NCBI GenBank assembly: GCA_028288925.1 | Contig: JAQGHG010000019.1 | Span: forward strand, 8,047-72,046 | Direction of reading: 5' to 3' | DNA: 64,000 nt | Origin: Patescibacteria group bacterium | Lineage (GTDB): Bacteria; Patescibacteriota; Saccharimonadia; UBA4664 | Shown: one piece after another, positions 32,408 to 40,996 of the stretch | How the letters are laid out: every line of letters begins with the position of its first letter | Position numbering within the stretch: the stretch's first letter is position 1 | Program-made: the position numbers and the translations under genes | The notes under the pieces: generated by a model | Seen by the model: the letters and a program-made list of their open reading frames with translations, nothing else | Database searches by the model: none | What the model was told of the DNA's origin: nothing

Positions 32408-32827
32408 TTATTTCGCGACAATGAAGCCGCTTTTCACGTCGTCATCAAGATGGTCGTGAACGACATACGTACCGGTCTCATTCAGCACCACACTGAAACT
32501 CTGGCTCTTCTCCAACCGCTTCTCCGTCACGCCGTTGTAGGCCTTGTGGCTATCGTGCACGCCAAAAGCCATAATGCGGCGCTTATTATCCAAGTTGGTG
32601 ATAGTCAGTACATCGCACAGCTTGCCCGTAGTCTCCTGGGGGTTCATGACATCATTTTGGATCGTAACCACATGCGTCACATGTACGCCACCACACTCCG
32701 CCGGCTGCTTGGCGGCCGTCCCATGACTCGTTAGATACTGGCTAGAGAAATACTGCACCGCGAACAGCACAGCCCCACCCGCTATCACGAACCCGGTCAC
32801 CAGGACCAAGGGAAGAAGCTTTTTCAT
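32408..32827 (-). CDS. Membrane-anchored cupredoxin-like protein
   Basis: TM then beta-rich domain; ITNLD, GVHDSH, GTYVVHDHL. Confidence 0.6.
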   Translation of the reverse strand: MKKLLPLVLVTGFVIAGGAVLFAVQYFSSQYLTSHGTAAKQPAECGGVHVTHVVTIQNDVMNPQETTGKLCDVLTITNLDNKRRIMAFGVHDSHKAYNGVTEKRLEKSQSFSVVLNETGTYVVHDHLDDDVKSGFIVAK

Positions 32828-32871
32828 ACCTCTTAATATAGCCGAAAAACCGGTAAGCACCTAAACCTAGG

Positions 32872-32997
32872 CTAAGAACGCCGACGCATCACGATATACC
32901 AAACCAGAAAAATCACCAGGATCACCAAAAACCCAATGTCAAACAACCCCATCGGAACGTTAGTCGGTATTGGCGCCGCCATAGATGTTGCTTGCAT
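32872..32997 (-). CDS. 41-aa single-TM small protein (absent from the ORF track)
   Basis: GAGGGAG SD, MQATSMAAPIPTNVPMGLFDIGFLVILVIFLVWYIVMRRRS. Confidence 0.55.
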   Translation of the reverse strand: MQATSMAAPIPTNVPMGLFDIGFLVILVIFLVWYIVMRRRS

Positions 32998-33091
32998 GAT
33001 AGCTCCCTCGCTCTAATCCTGTAATTGTCTGCACTAATTCTAGCAAACCAATGCAATGGTGATTTCAACCGCCTTCATTTAAACTTCCCAT

Positions 33092-33430
33092 ATGACAACA
33101 CCATTTTTACTCTGCGCGGCCATCACCATCACTAGCGCACTTGTAAGTCTCGGCTTCTCAATCGCAGCAGTACGTTCAGCCGAAGGCGAATCCCGCATCA
33201 ACGCACTATATGCGACCGCTCGCAGCACAGCACTAGCTGCAATTTGCCTTGTACCCCTGTTCAGCAGCTCGTACGAATGGCTGGTAGCCGTAGCCTCCTG
33301 CATGATTCTGGTGCAGGCAATCGACGCCGGCATAGGCGTGGCGCGCAAAGACAAGATGAAGACGTTTGGACCGGCAGCAACCTCCCTAGCCAACCTACTG
33401 GCGCTGATTTGGCTCATCAGCCGGCACTAA
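33092..33430 (+). CDS. Small 4-TM membrane protein
   Basis: ALYATARS, VQAIDAGIG, KTFGPA. Confidence 0.7.
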   Translation: MTTPFLLCAAITITSALVSLGFSIAAVRSAEGESRINALYATARSTALAAICLVPLFSSSYEWLVAVASCMILVQAIDAGIGVARKDKMKTFGPAATSLANLLALIWLISRH

Positions 33431-33690
33431 CGTCTACAAAAACCAACATACAATTGGAATCCCCTTTAACGGCAGTTCACCATAATCACAGATGAGGTGC
33501 AAAATTGGCAGCAGTATTTAGGAATGAGCTTATCTGACAAGAACAGCCTCAAATACATATAGAATCTACGTACCCATAAGATATAGCACCGTAATTAAGA
33601 TTAAAACAAAACCACGTCCCTCTTATGCTTGCATGAGATGATGAGTAAGCGTAGATTATAATAACAATTTTGTTATAATGAGGGCCGGGG

Positions 33691-34038
33691 ATGACAATCA
33701 TATATTGGCAGACCTCCAGAAACAGCTCACCAATAACTGATTTCATTCTTAGCGATCCAAACGCGGGGGCCCGTGTCCAACGCGTCATAGACCACTTAGA
33801 AGAGCAAGGTTTGGGGCTTCTAGGATCAAATGAATTAGCGCCCATGAATCAAAAGCACACTTACGAGCTGCGGATCAAATACAACAGGGTCGAATACAGA
33901 ATCATCGCCATCATCTTCAAAGACACCGCTTACCTACTGCATGCTTTCAAAAAGAATCAACGCAAGACCCCAAAACAGGATTTATTAACGGCAGACAAAC
34001 GTAGGGCAAGAGCAATGCAGGAACTAGGAATTAAATAG
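33691..34038 (+). CDS. RelE/HigB (Gp49-like) toxin
   Basis: YELRI, YRII, LLHAFKKNQRKTP; toxin-first gene order. Confidence 0.85.
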   Translation: MTIIYWQTSRNSSPITDFILSDPNAGARVQRVIDHLEEQGLGLLGSNELAPMNQKHTYELRIKYNRVEYRIIAIIFKDTAYLLHAFKKNQRKTPKQDLLTADKRRARAMQELGIK

Positions 34039-34047
34039 GAGACAACA

Positions 34048-34458
34048 GTGGATATTCAAAAAGCACGTGAGCTTCTTAATAAAAATGCAGAGTTCAAACA
34101 AGCCTACAGTAAACTCGATTTATCTTATGAAATCGGCAAGATGATTATTGATGCTCGTATTGCACGCGGTCTCACCCAAGCAGACTTAGCTCAGCTGATA
34201 GGCACTAAACAACCCAGCATCGCCAGAATAGAGAGTGGCAATTCCCTACCCAGCATTACCTTTCTGGCTAAAGTGGCCGAGGCACTCGGAACACAACTGC
34301 TCCCCCCAAGACTAGAGTTTCTTGAGGCGTCAAAGATAACCACACAAAATGTAAAAGATATTCGGAATACCTGGAGCTTTCCACCAGTATCAATTGCAGA
34401 ACTATTTTTCGGGAGCACACCAAGTGAAGCAACCACCGTTAATGGAGCGATCGGATAA
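34048..34458 (+). CDS. HigA-like XRE HTH antitoxin with ~45-aa C-terminal extension
   Basis: ARIARGLTQADLAQLIGTKQPSIARIESG, PSITFL. Confidence 0.85.
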   Translation: MDIQKARELLNKNAEFKQAYSKLDLSYEIGKMIIDARIARGLTQADLAQLIGTKQPSIARIESGNSLPSITFLAKVAEALGTQLLPPRLEFLEASKITTQNVKDIRNTWSFPPVSIAELFFGSTPSEATTVNGAIG

Positions 34459-34911
34459 ATGATTAGACACATCTGGACTGTAATTACTCAAAAAAGCTCA
34501 ATCGACCAAGAGACAAACAACCTTACTCTTGGAGAAGTTCTAGAGGAGCTCCAAGTTGGGTTTACAGGGGAAGTAAAAGACCTAACTGAAGCGGTGGTTA
34601 TACCCATGAACTTCGAAGTAGTAAGTATGTTTACTCAAACAGCAAGCAAAAAAGCCCAAGGCGGGACAGTTCAAATCAACATTTTAGACCCCCACAAAAA
34701 AGAACTCGGTAATACCGAGCAAAGAATTGAAATTCCCGCCAATTCAAGGCGACTACGATCTCGGATAAGGGCAACGGGCTTCCCTTTTACGAAGGTTGGA
34801 GATTACACATTCGAAATCAGGTTTAAAGCTGACGTCGATGAAGACTTCCAGCTAGTAGCAAATATCCCCGTAGGGGTTACGCTAAAGAAAATAGCTCCTC
34901 CCGCTAAGTAA
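34459..34911 (+). CDS. Beta-rich hypothetical protein (DUF6941-like), third gene of the TA operon
   Basis: Starts immediately after the antitoxin stop; SIDQETNNLTL, ILDP, FTKVGDYTFEI. Confidence 0.65.
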   Translation: MIRHIWTVITQKSSIDQETNNLTLGEVLEELQVGFTGEVKDLTEAVVIPMNFEVVSMFTQTASKKAQGGTVQINILDPHKKELGNTEQRIEIPANSRRLRSRIRATGFPFTKVGDYTFEIRFKADVDEDFQLVANIPVGVTLKKIAPPAK

Positions 34912-34935
34912 ACGGCAAAGATCGCAGAGATAAAC

Positions 34936-34970
34936 AAAAAAGCACCTGAAATAGCTTCAGATGCTCTTTT
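34936..34970. terminator. Bidirectional terminator between the TA operon and tmRNA
   Basis: AAAAAAGCACCTGAA/TTCAGATGCTCTTTT imperfect inverted repeat. Confidence 0.6.
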
Positions 34971-35348
34971 GGTGGAGCTGCGGGGAATCGCACCCCGGTC
35001 CGTCAGGTTACTCGCTAGCGCACTACAGACATAGTCTACCTAAACATCTTAGCCCGTCACCTGTGAGTAGACGAAACGGTGACGAGAGCAGCCTCAAATC
35101 TTAGCTAAGTGGTAGAGACACACCGCTTAGAGCGTCCTGATAATTTGATACCAGCGAACCCCCATCAGGAGTCAGGTGCCGATAGCTTACGTTATTAGGC
35201 GTAAGCAGGAGCGAATGAAGGTACCGTAAAGGCAGCCTTCACCCGCGAAAAGAAGTTGGCAGTTAAGCTAACTAAATGGAATCTGACGTTTGCCTCCGGC
35301 CTGCGCGCATAGCTTGTAAAAGTCCCAACGTCGAAGCTGGTCAGCCCC
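34970..35348 (-). ncRNA. ssrA: tmRNA; tag (A)ANFFSRVKAAFTVPSFAPAYA
   Basis: 5' GGGGCTGACCAGCTTCGAC, 3' CAGCTCCACCA, G3:U pair, tag frame 35260-35195, upstream TTGCGT-17-TATAAT promoter. Confidence 0.95.
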
Positions 35349-35546
35349 ACGTTCAAATGAATGTACGGTAGAATTATACTAAACTCCCCCACTCTACGCA
35401 ACGACAAGCATAAGAAGTGTTGTAATCAAAACGACAATATGGACAAATACTCGCCACCAACTCCCAAGCTTTTTGGACCATGCGCCGAAGCTCATTCCAT
35501 GGGGCTCGGGTAACATATGTGGAGTAACCAATGGAGGAACACCACC

Positions 35547-35909
35547 ATGGCCTATCAGGATTATGACGAGAACAGCATGGATTTTAACCAGCCCGACTTG
35601 TACGCGGAAGACCCCTACGCCGGGGGCAACACCGGCAAGGACACCTTCGGCGAGCGCATCGAAGACCCGATGATGCCCGAGGACGAGGATGCCCTGACCG
35701 AAGAGGAGCTCGTAGAGCTCAACCAACCGAGGGACGAAGTAGAACAAGGCTTCGGTGAGACTCTAGACGCCAACCCACATTTGGACGAGCAGCTTGAGGA
35801 CCGAGAGCTAAACCGCCAGGCCGAGGCCGACTACAGCGAGAATAAGGACAAGAGCCTCCTCGACAAAGCCAAGGACAAGATCGAGAGCTGGACCGACAGC
35901 GACAAATAA
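35547..35909 (+). CDS. Highly acidic, probably disordered small protein
   Basis: GGAGG SD; D/E-rich 120 aa ending KSLLDKAKDKIESW. Confidence 0.7.
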   Translation: MAYQDYDENSMDFNQPDLYAEDPYAGGNTGKDTFGERIEDPMMPEDEDALTEEELVELNQPRDEVEQGFGETLDANPHLDEQLEDRELNRQAEADYSENKDKSLLDKAKDKIESWTDSDK

Positions 35910-35940
35910 GCCGCCGCCCCGCTCGCAAAAGAAGGCCTGA

Positions 35941-36960
35941 CTAGGCCTTCTTTTGGCGTTTGGCGGCGATCACCTGCGCGTATACGTCGGTCAGCCGGGC
36001 GGCGCCCATCTTGGCATCGTAACGCTCGGCGATTGTCGCCGCCGCCTTCTGCCATTGGCGGTAATACGCGCGGTCTTTCCAGAATTTTTCAATAATAGCC
36101 TTAAACGTTTCCTCTGTGCCACGCTCGTAGCCATCACCAAACGTATCCCCGTATTGCTCCAGGTCGCGCAACAGCACCGGCAAACCAGCCGCGGCCGCTT
36201 CCACGATCACAATCCCAAACGTTTCCTGGATAGAGGGCAAGAAGTACAAATCCGCCGCCTGGTACCACCGCATCACTTCCTCGCGCTTGAGCATGCCGGT
36301 AAACCGCACATTCTCGGGGTGATGCTCCATCACCTCGGTCATCGCGCCCGACTCCGCCGCCAGCCCCTTGAAAGGCATGCCGCCAACCCACACAAACCGC
36401 ACCCCCGGCAGCCCCCGCGCGCTGTTCACAAACGTGTCCACCCGTTTGCGCGGCTGCACCTGCCCGCTCGCCAACACCACGAACGCGTCCTTGGTCACGC
36501 CCAGCTTCTCCCGCGCCGCCACCCGCGACTCCGGAGTAGTCGCGAAGTCCCGCGTGCGGATCGTATTGGGCACCAGGTACACCGGCCGCCGCACCCCCAT
36601 GGCCTTCAACTCGTCCACCACTTCCCCGCTCACCGCCAGCACGCCGTCGGCCCGGTTGTAAAACCACCGCAAATACACTTTGGCCACGCCATACCAATAC
36701 TTAGCTCCGATCAGGCTCCCCACAAACGAATCCGGCGTCACATGTGCCGACACCACCTTGACGCCCTTGCCCCACAGCAGCTTTTTGAGCGAATACGGTC
36801 CTACAGTATGGATATGCACCACGTCGGCCGGCCGGTCCGTGTTAGGTGCCACATCCCAGTCGGAATACTCCCGCAGCGCGTCGATTGTGTCGGTAAACGC
36901 ACTGTGTACCCCGTGCCCCTGCACCGTAAACGCCGATTCCGAAATAACATTTACCTTCAT
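35941..36960 (-). CDS. GT4 glycosyltransferase (diglycosyl-DAG synthase-like)
   Basis: QGHGVHSA, SAHVTPDSF, GQVQPRK, ETFGIVIVEAAAAG. Confidence 0.88.
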   Translation of the reverse strand: MKVNVISESAFTVQGHGVHSAFTDTIDALREYSDWDVAPNTDRPADVVHIHTVGPYSLKKLLWGKGVKVVSAHVTPDSFVGSLIGAKYWYGVAKVYLRWFYNRADGVLAVSGEVVDELKAMGVRRPVYLVPNTIRTRDFATTPESRVAAREKLGVTKDAFVVLASGQVQPRKRVDTFVNSARGLPGVRFVWVGGMPFKGLAAESGAMTEVMEHHPENVRFTGMLKREEVMRWYQAADLYFLPSIQETFGIVIVEAAAAGLPVLLRDLEQYGDTFGDGYERGTEETFKAIIEKFWKDRAYYRQWQKAAATIAERYDAKMGAARLTDVYAQVIAAKRQKKA

Positions 36961-37012
36961 AACACCTATTATTGCACGCCAGACAATAGTTATGCTGTAA
37001 AATAAGAACATT

Positions 37013-38302
37013 ATGAAAATTGGTATCTTCACCGACCGCTACCTGCCCCAGACCGACGGCATCTGTTATTCCGTAGAAACCTATCGTATCGAGCTCGAAA
37101 AGCTCGGCCACGAGGTCTACGTCTTCGCCCCCAAACCCTCCTGGCGCTACAAAGAGCGCTCCAGCCGCATCATTCGCTTTGCCTCGGTAAAGGGCCTGTT
37201 CTGGGAAGATTACCTCATGACCTTTTACTTCCCGCCGCAGGCCATCAAGCAGATCGAAAAATTGAACCTAGATATTATTCACTACCAAACCCCGGGCCAA
37301 ATCGGCCTCCTCGGCGCCTATTACGCCATCCGCCACCACATTCCGCTCGTCACGACCTACCACACCGATCTCTTCGAGTACGTGAAGCACTATCCTTCGG
37401 TGCTACCTGGCACTATAGCCCTCTCACTGCTAGCGCCCGTCATCACCGGCGGCGGCATGGAAGAGTACCGCAACGCGCTATCTTCCATCAAACCCGAACG
37501 CAGCGTCGACAAATGGAACCAAAAGATCGTCGTGCGCGGCCTCACCCTCCTGCACAACCATTGCGACCTCGTCATTACCCCTTCTCTCAAAATGGAGAAG
37601 CAACTCAGGAGCTGGAAAACCACCTCGCGCCTCGCCACTCTGCCCACCGGCGTAGACAAAATTACAACGACTAAGCGCGAAATCGCCCACATTCGCAAAA
37701 AATACGATCTCCAAAAAGACGATCAAATCATCCTCTCCGTCAGCCGCATCGGAACCGAGAAAAACCTCGGCCTGATCATTGAATCATTCGATATCATCGG
37801 CGCCCGCAATCCCAACGCCAAACTGGTATTCATCGGCTACGGCGACGACCTGGAGCTTTTCAAACAACAAGCCGCCAAGTCACCCTACGCCGACCGCATC
37901 CAATTCACCGGCCAAATCGACCACCAAAAGCTAGGCGCTTTCTATAGCATCGGCTCGGTCTACGGCTGCGCCGCCCTCACCGACACCCAAGGCATGACGC
38001 TCAACGAAGCCGCCTGTGCCGGAATGCCCATCGTGATGATCGACAAGCAAGTCTCCGAAGTCATCGTCAACGGCGAAAACGGCTACTTCTCTCGCAATAC
38101 GGCCAAAGACTTCGCCGCCAAGATCCTGCAAGTGCTCAGCAATCCCAAGCTCCACGCCCGCATGTCCAAGCGCAGTATCGAGCTCGGCGCGCAAGTCTCG
38201 GCTAGCAAGCAAGCGGCAAAATTGTTACGCTTATACGAAGAAACAATACGTGATTATGAACCGCCCAAACCCCAGCTCAAATCCTTCTTCAAGCAACGCT
38301 GA
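37013..38302 (+). CDS. GT4 glycosyltransferase (monoglycosyl-DAG synthase-like)
   Basis: MKIGIFTDRYLPQTDG, TYHT, LPTGVD, SRIGTEKN, DTQGMTLNEA. Confidence 0.88.
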   Translation: MKIGIFTDRYLPQTDGICYSVETYRIELEKLGHEVYVFAPKPSWRYKERSSRIIRFASVKGLFWEDYLMTFYFPPQAIKQIEKLNLDIIHYQTPGQIGLLGAYYAIRHHIPLVTTYHTDLFEYVKHYPSVLPGTIALSLLAPVITGGGMEEYRNALSSIKPERSVDKWNQKIVVRGLTLLHNHCDLVITPSLKMEKQLRSWKTTSRLATLPTGVDKITTTKREIAHIRKKYDLQKDDQIILSVSRIGTEKNLGLIIESFDIIGARNPNAKLVFIGYGDDLELFKQQAAKSPYADRIQFTGQIDHQKLGAFYSIGSVYGCAALTDTQGMTLNEAACAGMPIVMIDKQVSEVIVNGENGYFSRNTAKDFAAKILQVLSNPKLHARMSKRSIELGAQVSASKQAAKLLRLYEETIRDYEPPKPQLKSFFKQR

Positions 38303-39218
38303 GATCCGCAAGCACTACTTCCTGGACCAGTACGTGATCATTGCGCCCAAGCGCAATCTGCGACCCGACTCGTTCTCGCACGCCAGCGAGCCGCACAAGG
38401 CGCCCAGCGACCACTGCCCCTTCTGTCACAACGCCGAACCATCACTCTGGCAGCTACCCCGCGGCAAAAACTGGCGTGTCAAAGTCATCCCCAATGCCTT
38501 CGCCGCCCTTACCACCGACAATCCTCAGGCCTTCGGTATCCAAGAAGTCGTGCTCAACACGCCCGACCACACCCTCGAATTCTCCGAGCTCCCGGTCGAA
38601 CACATCCTCGAGATCTTCACTGCATACCGCCAGCGCCTCGCCGAGCTCAAGCAGCAGCCCGGCATCCGCTACGTCCTTATATTCAAGAATGACGGCCCCA
38701 TGGCCGGCGCCAGTGTCGCGCACGCCCACTGCCAAATCTTCGGCCTGCCGCTCATCCCACCCAAGCTCGAGCAAGAAGGCGACGCGCTCAACCATTACTG
38801 GGACCAGCACCAAGCCTGCGCCTACTGCCATATCCTAGACTGGGAGATCCAGCAGCGCACCCGCGTCATCACCGGCGACAAACACTTCATCGCCCTGTCC
38901 CCGCATGCCGCTAGCCACGGCTTCGAGACCTGGCTCCTCCCCCGCCGCCACGTCAACCAATTCTCTGAATTCAACCTCAGCGAGCTTCATTCACTTGCGA
39001 CAATACTCAGAAAAATAACCGCCCGTCTCGATGCGGCCGGCATAAGTTTCAACTATTTCTTACAAGAATCCCTACCCAATCAAAACCACCACTTTGTCCT
39101 AAAAATCGAACCGCGCATCACAAAATGGGCCGGCGCTGAACTTAGCACCGGCCTCATCATCAATCCCGTCACGCCAGAATACGCGACGTTATGGTATCAG
39201 GGCAAAATCAACCGATAA
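38256..39218 (+). CDS. galT: Galactose-1-phosphate uridylyltransferase (GalT-like)
   Basis: IIAPKRNLRP, CPFC, FKNDG..AGASVAHAHCQ, CAYC. Confidence 0.88.
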   Translation: MNRPNPSSNPSSSNAEIRKHYFLDQYVIIAPKRNLRPDSFSHASEPHKAPSDHCPFCHNAEPSLWQLPRGKNWRVKVIPNAFAALTTDNPQAFGIQEVVLNTPDHTLEFSELPVEHILEIFTAYRQRLAELKQQPGIRYVLIFKNDGPMAGASVAHAHCQIFGLPLIPPKLEQEGDALNHYWDQHQACAYCHILDWEIQQRTRVITGDKHFIALSPHAASHGFETWLLPRRHVNQFSEFNLSELHSLATILRKITARLDAAGISFNYFLQESLPNQNHHFVLKIEPRITKWAGAELSTGLIINPVTPEYATLWYQGKINR

Positions 39219-39518
39219 AACCCGACCCAATACTCTACGGATCAAGAATAGTGAATATGTTATGTATAGAAGCGATATACAAATAAAAACCCTAAACACA
39301 GCCTCCTACAAACAGGCTCCGCTCAGTCAATTAGCATTCGCCGCCGTTTAGCTTACGCACAGTCTAACTCCTCTCTTAGCTTAAAACACATCAATGAAGA
39401 AGAATAACAGTATCATACCTTTACTAAATAAGCAACTCAGGGTATGCTAGCAGTGAAAAATATTTTATCAGCGTCCCCTAGGCCCAGTCAATGTTAACTC
39501 TCCTAAGAATAGCCATAA

Positions 39519-40088
39519 ATGCCAACAGACCAACCCGGCACAACACTAACTTCATCACAATTTTATCCCTTTCATATATCGGATAGTCTGTGCTTAGACT
39601 CGCTAAAGTCAGCCGACGCGACAAAATTCTTCTCCTTAGTACAAAACAATAGAGACCACCTAGAGCGTTTCGATCCTTTCGTTGCCCAATATCAATCAGT
39701 CAAAGATGTTAGGGAAAGCCTGGGAAGAATACAGACCCTATATTTGAAAGGCAAAAGTCTCTCTTGTGGGATCTGGGATAAAAACGAGCTTGTTGGTTAT
39801 CTAATCTGTGGGCTCGACTGGGATGATAAATCAGCCAAAATAGGCTATGGGCTTGCCGACGGACATCAAGGTCACGGAATCATCTCTCGAGCGGCTCGAG
39901 TGGTTTTGCATCATGCCTTCTACCAGCTCGGTATAGAACGTGCCTGGCTTACTTGCTGGATCAACAATGACCGAAGCATCCGGGTGGCCGAGAGACTTGG
40001 CTTTAAACGTGAAGCTAAAACCCTACCGGTCGACCCCGCACGAAACATCGCGTATGAATCCTACAGGTATAATCTATACCGAGATTAG
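39519..40088 (+). CDS. RimJ/RimL-family GNAT acetyltransferase
   Basis: IGYGL...QGHGI, NDRSIRVAERLGF. Confidence 0.88.
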   Translation: MPTDQPGTTLTSSQFYPFHISDSLCLDSLKSADATKFFSLVQNNRDHLERFDPFVAQYQSVKDVRESLGRIQTLYLKGKSLSCGIWDKNELVGYLICGLDWDDKSAKIGYGLADGHQGHGIISRAARVVLHHAFYQLGIERAWLTCWINNDRSIRVAERLGFKREAKTLPVDPARNIAYESYRYNLYRD

Positions 40089-40093
40089 AGTAC

Positions 40094-40876
40094 TTAGTTA
40101 AATTTTTCCGCCAACGACCAGGACATATCAAAGATGACTTTCATCGCATGCGCCAAATCCCCATTGCGAATGGTCACTCCAATAGACCGATTTCCATCGA
40201 GGGACAACATAACCACATAGTCGCCAAAAACACTAATGTCACCCGTCATAGGGTACAGGTCCAAGGGGATAAAACGTGACTCTCGATCGTGTTCCTTATC
40301 ATTGTCCCTAAGAATGGAACCGCGTATTGTTGTGTAGAGAATACGACTCTTTACGCCGTGTTTAACCCGATCGGGGTTGGGGTTGCCCATTCCTCTCTCT
40401 GGGTTGAACGCATTTACCTGATCAAGGTTGCTAAACGCGTATATATCTCGCGAGGGGCCTTTATAACTCTCAAAGAGATTAGCAAATAAAGAACGTACCC
40501 CTTCGACGGAATCGTAAAACTTTACTTCCGGCATTTCCTTCGGCACCGTCTTCAGGCTCAGTAGTTGAGGCAAAATCTGGTCAAAGCTGTGCTTTTGTTC
40601 CTTGAGCTCTTGCTCCCGCTTCTCCAGTAGGCGTTCCAGATTACTCGGCTCTTCAGCCACAAAGTAAGTCTTCTTACCTTTAATATTCTGGCTCACCAGG
40701 CCCAGGCCCACGAGCGATTCCAGAATCACGTAGGTAGTCACCCGCTTGATGCCCGATTGGTCAGCGATGCGCTGCACCGGCGAGGGCCCTAACTTCAAAC
40801 AGGCTACATACACCCGTGCCTCTTTATTGCTCAGGCCAAGCTCTTCAATATGCGATATAAGTTTTTGATCATCCAT
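40094..40876 (-). CDS. TrmB-family transcriptional regulator
   Basis: LGLSNKEARVY, SGIKRVTTYVILESL, PEVKFYDSVEG. Confidence 0.88.
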   Translation of the reverse strand: MDDQKLISHIEELGLSNKEARVYVACLKLGPSPVQRIADQSGIKRVTTYVILESLVGLGLVSQNIKGKKTYFVAEEPSNLERLLEKREQELKEQKHSFDQILPQLLSLKTVPKEMPEVKFYDSVEGVRSLFANLFESYKGPSRDIYAFSNLDQVNAFNPERGMGNPNPDRVKHGVKSRILYTTIRGSILRDNDKEHDRESRFIPLDLYPMTGDISVFGDYVVMLSLDGNRSIGVTIRNGDLAHAMKVIFDMSWSLAEKFN

Positions 40877-40996
40877 ATCGTAATAATAATGCTAAACATT
40901 CCGAGAAGTCAATAACCTATAACAACAAAGCTTATAAGCTTATGCTTGCGTGTTCGGTTCACGTTCGGTATATTGAACCTATTACGGAGGAAAAAT

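Noticed and set aside
33430-34970. Integrative element at the tmRNA 3' end
   Set aside because: AT-rich, but no integrase and no duplicated tmRNA 3' end (att site) was found.
35195-35407. 70-aa ORF over tmRNA and 122/138-aa ORFs over rnpB
   Set aside because: Explained by the RNA genes; only the tmRNA tag portion is expected to be translated.
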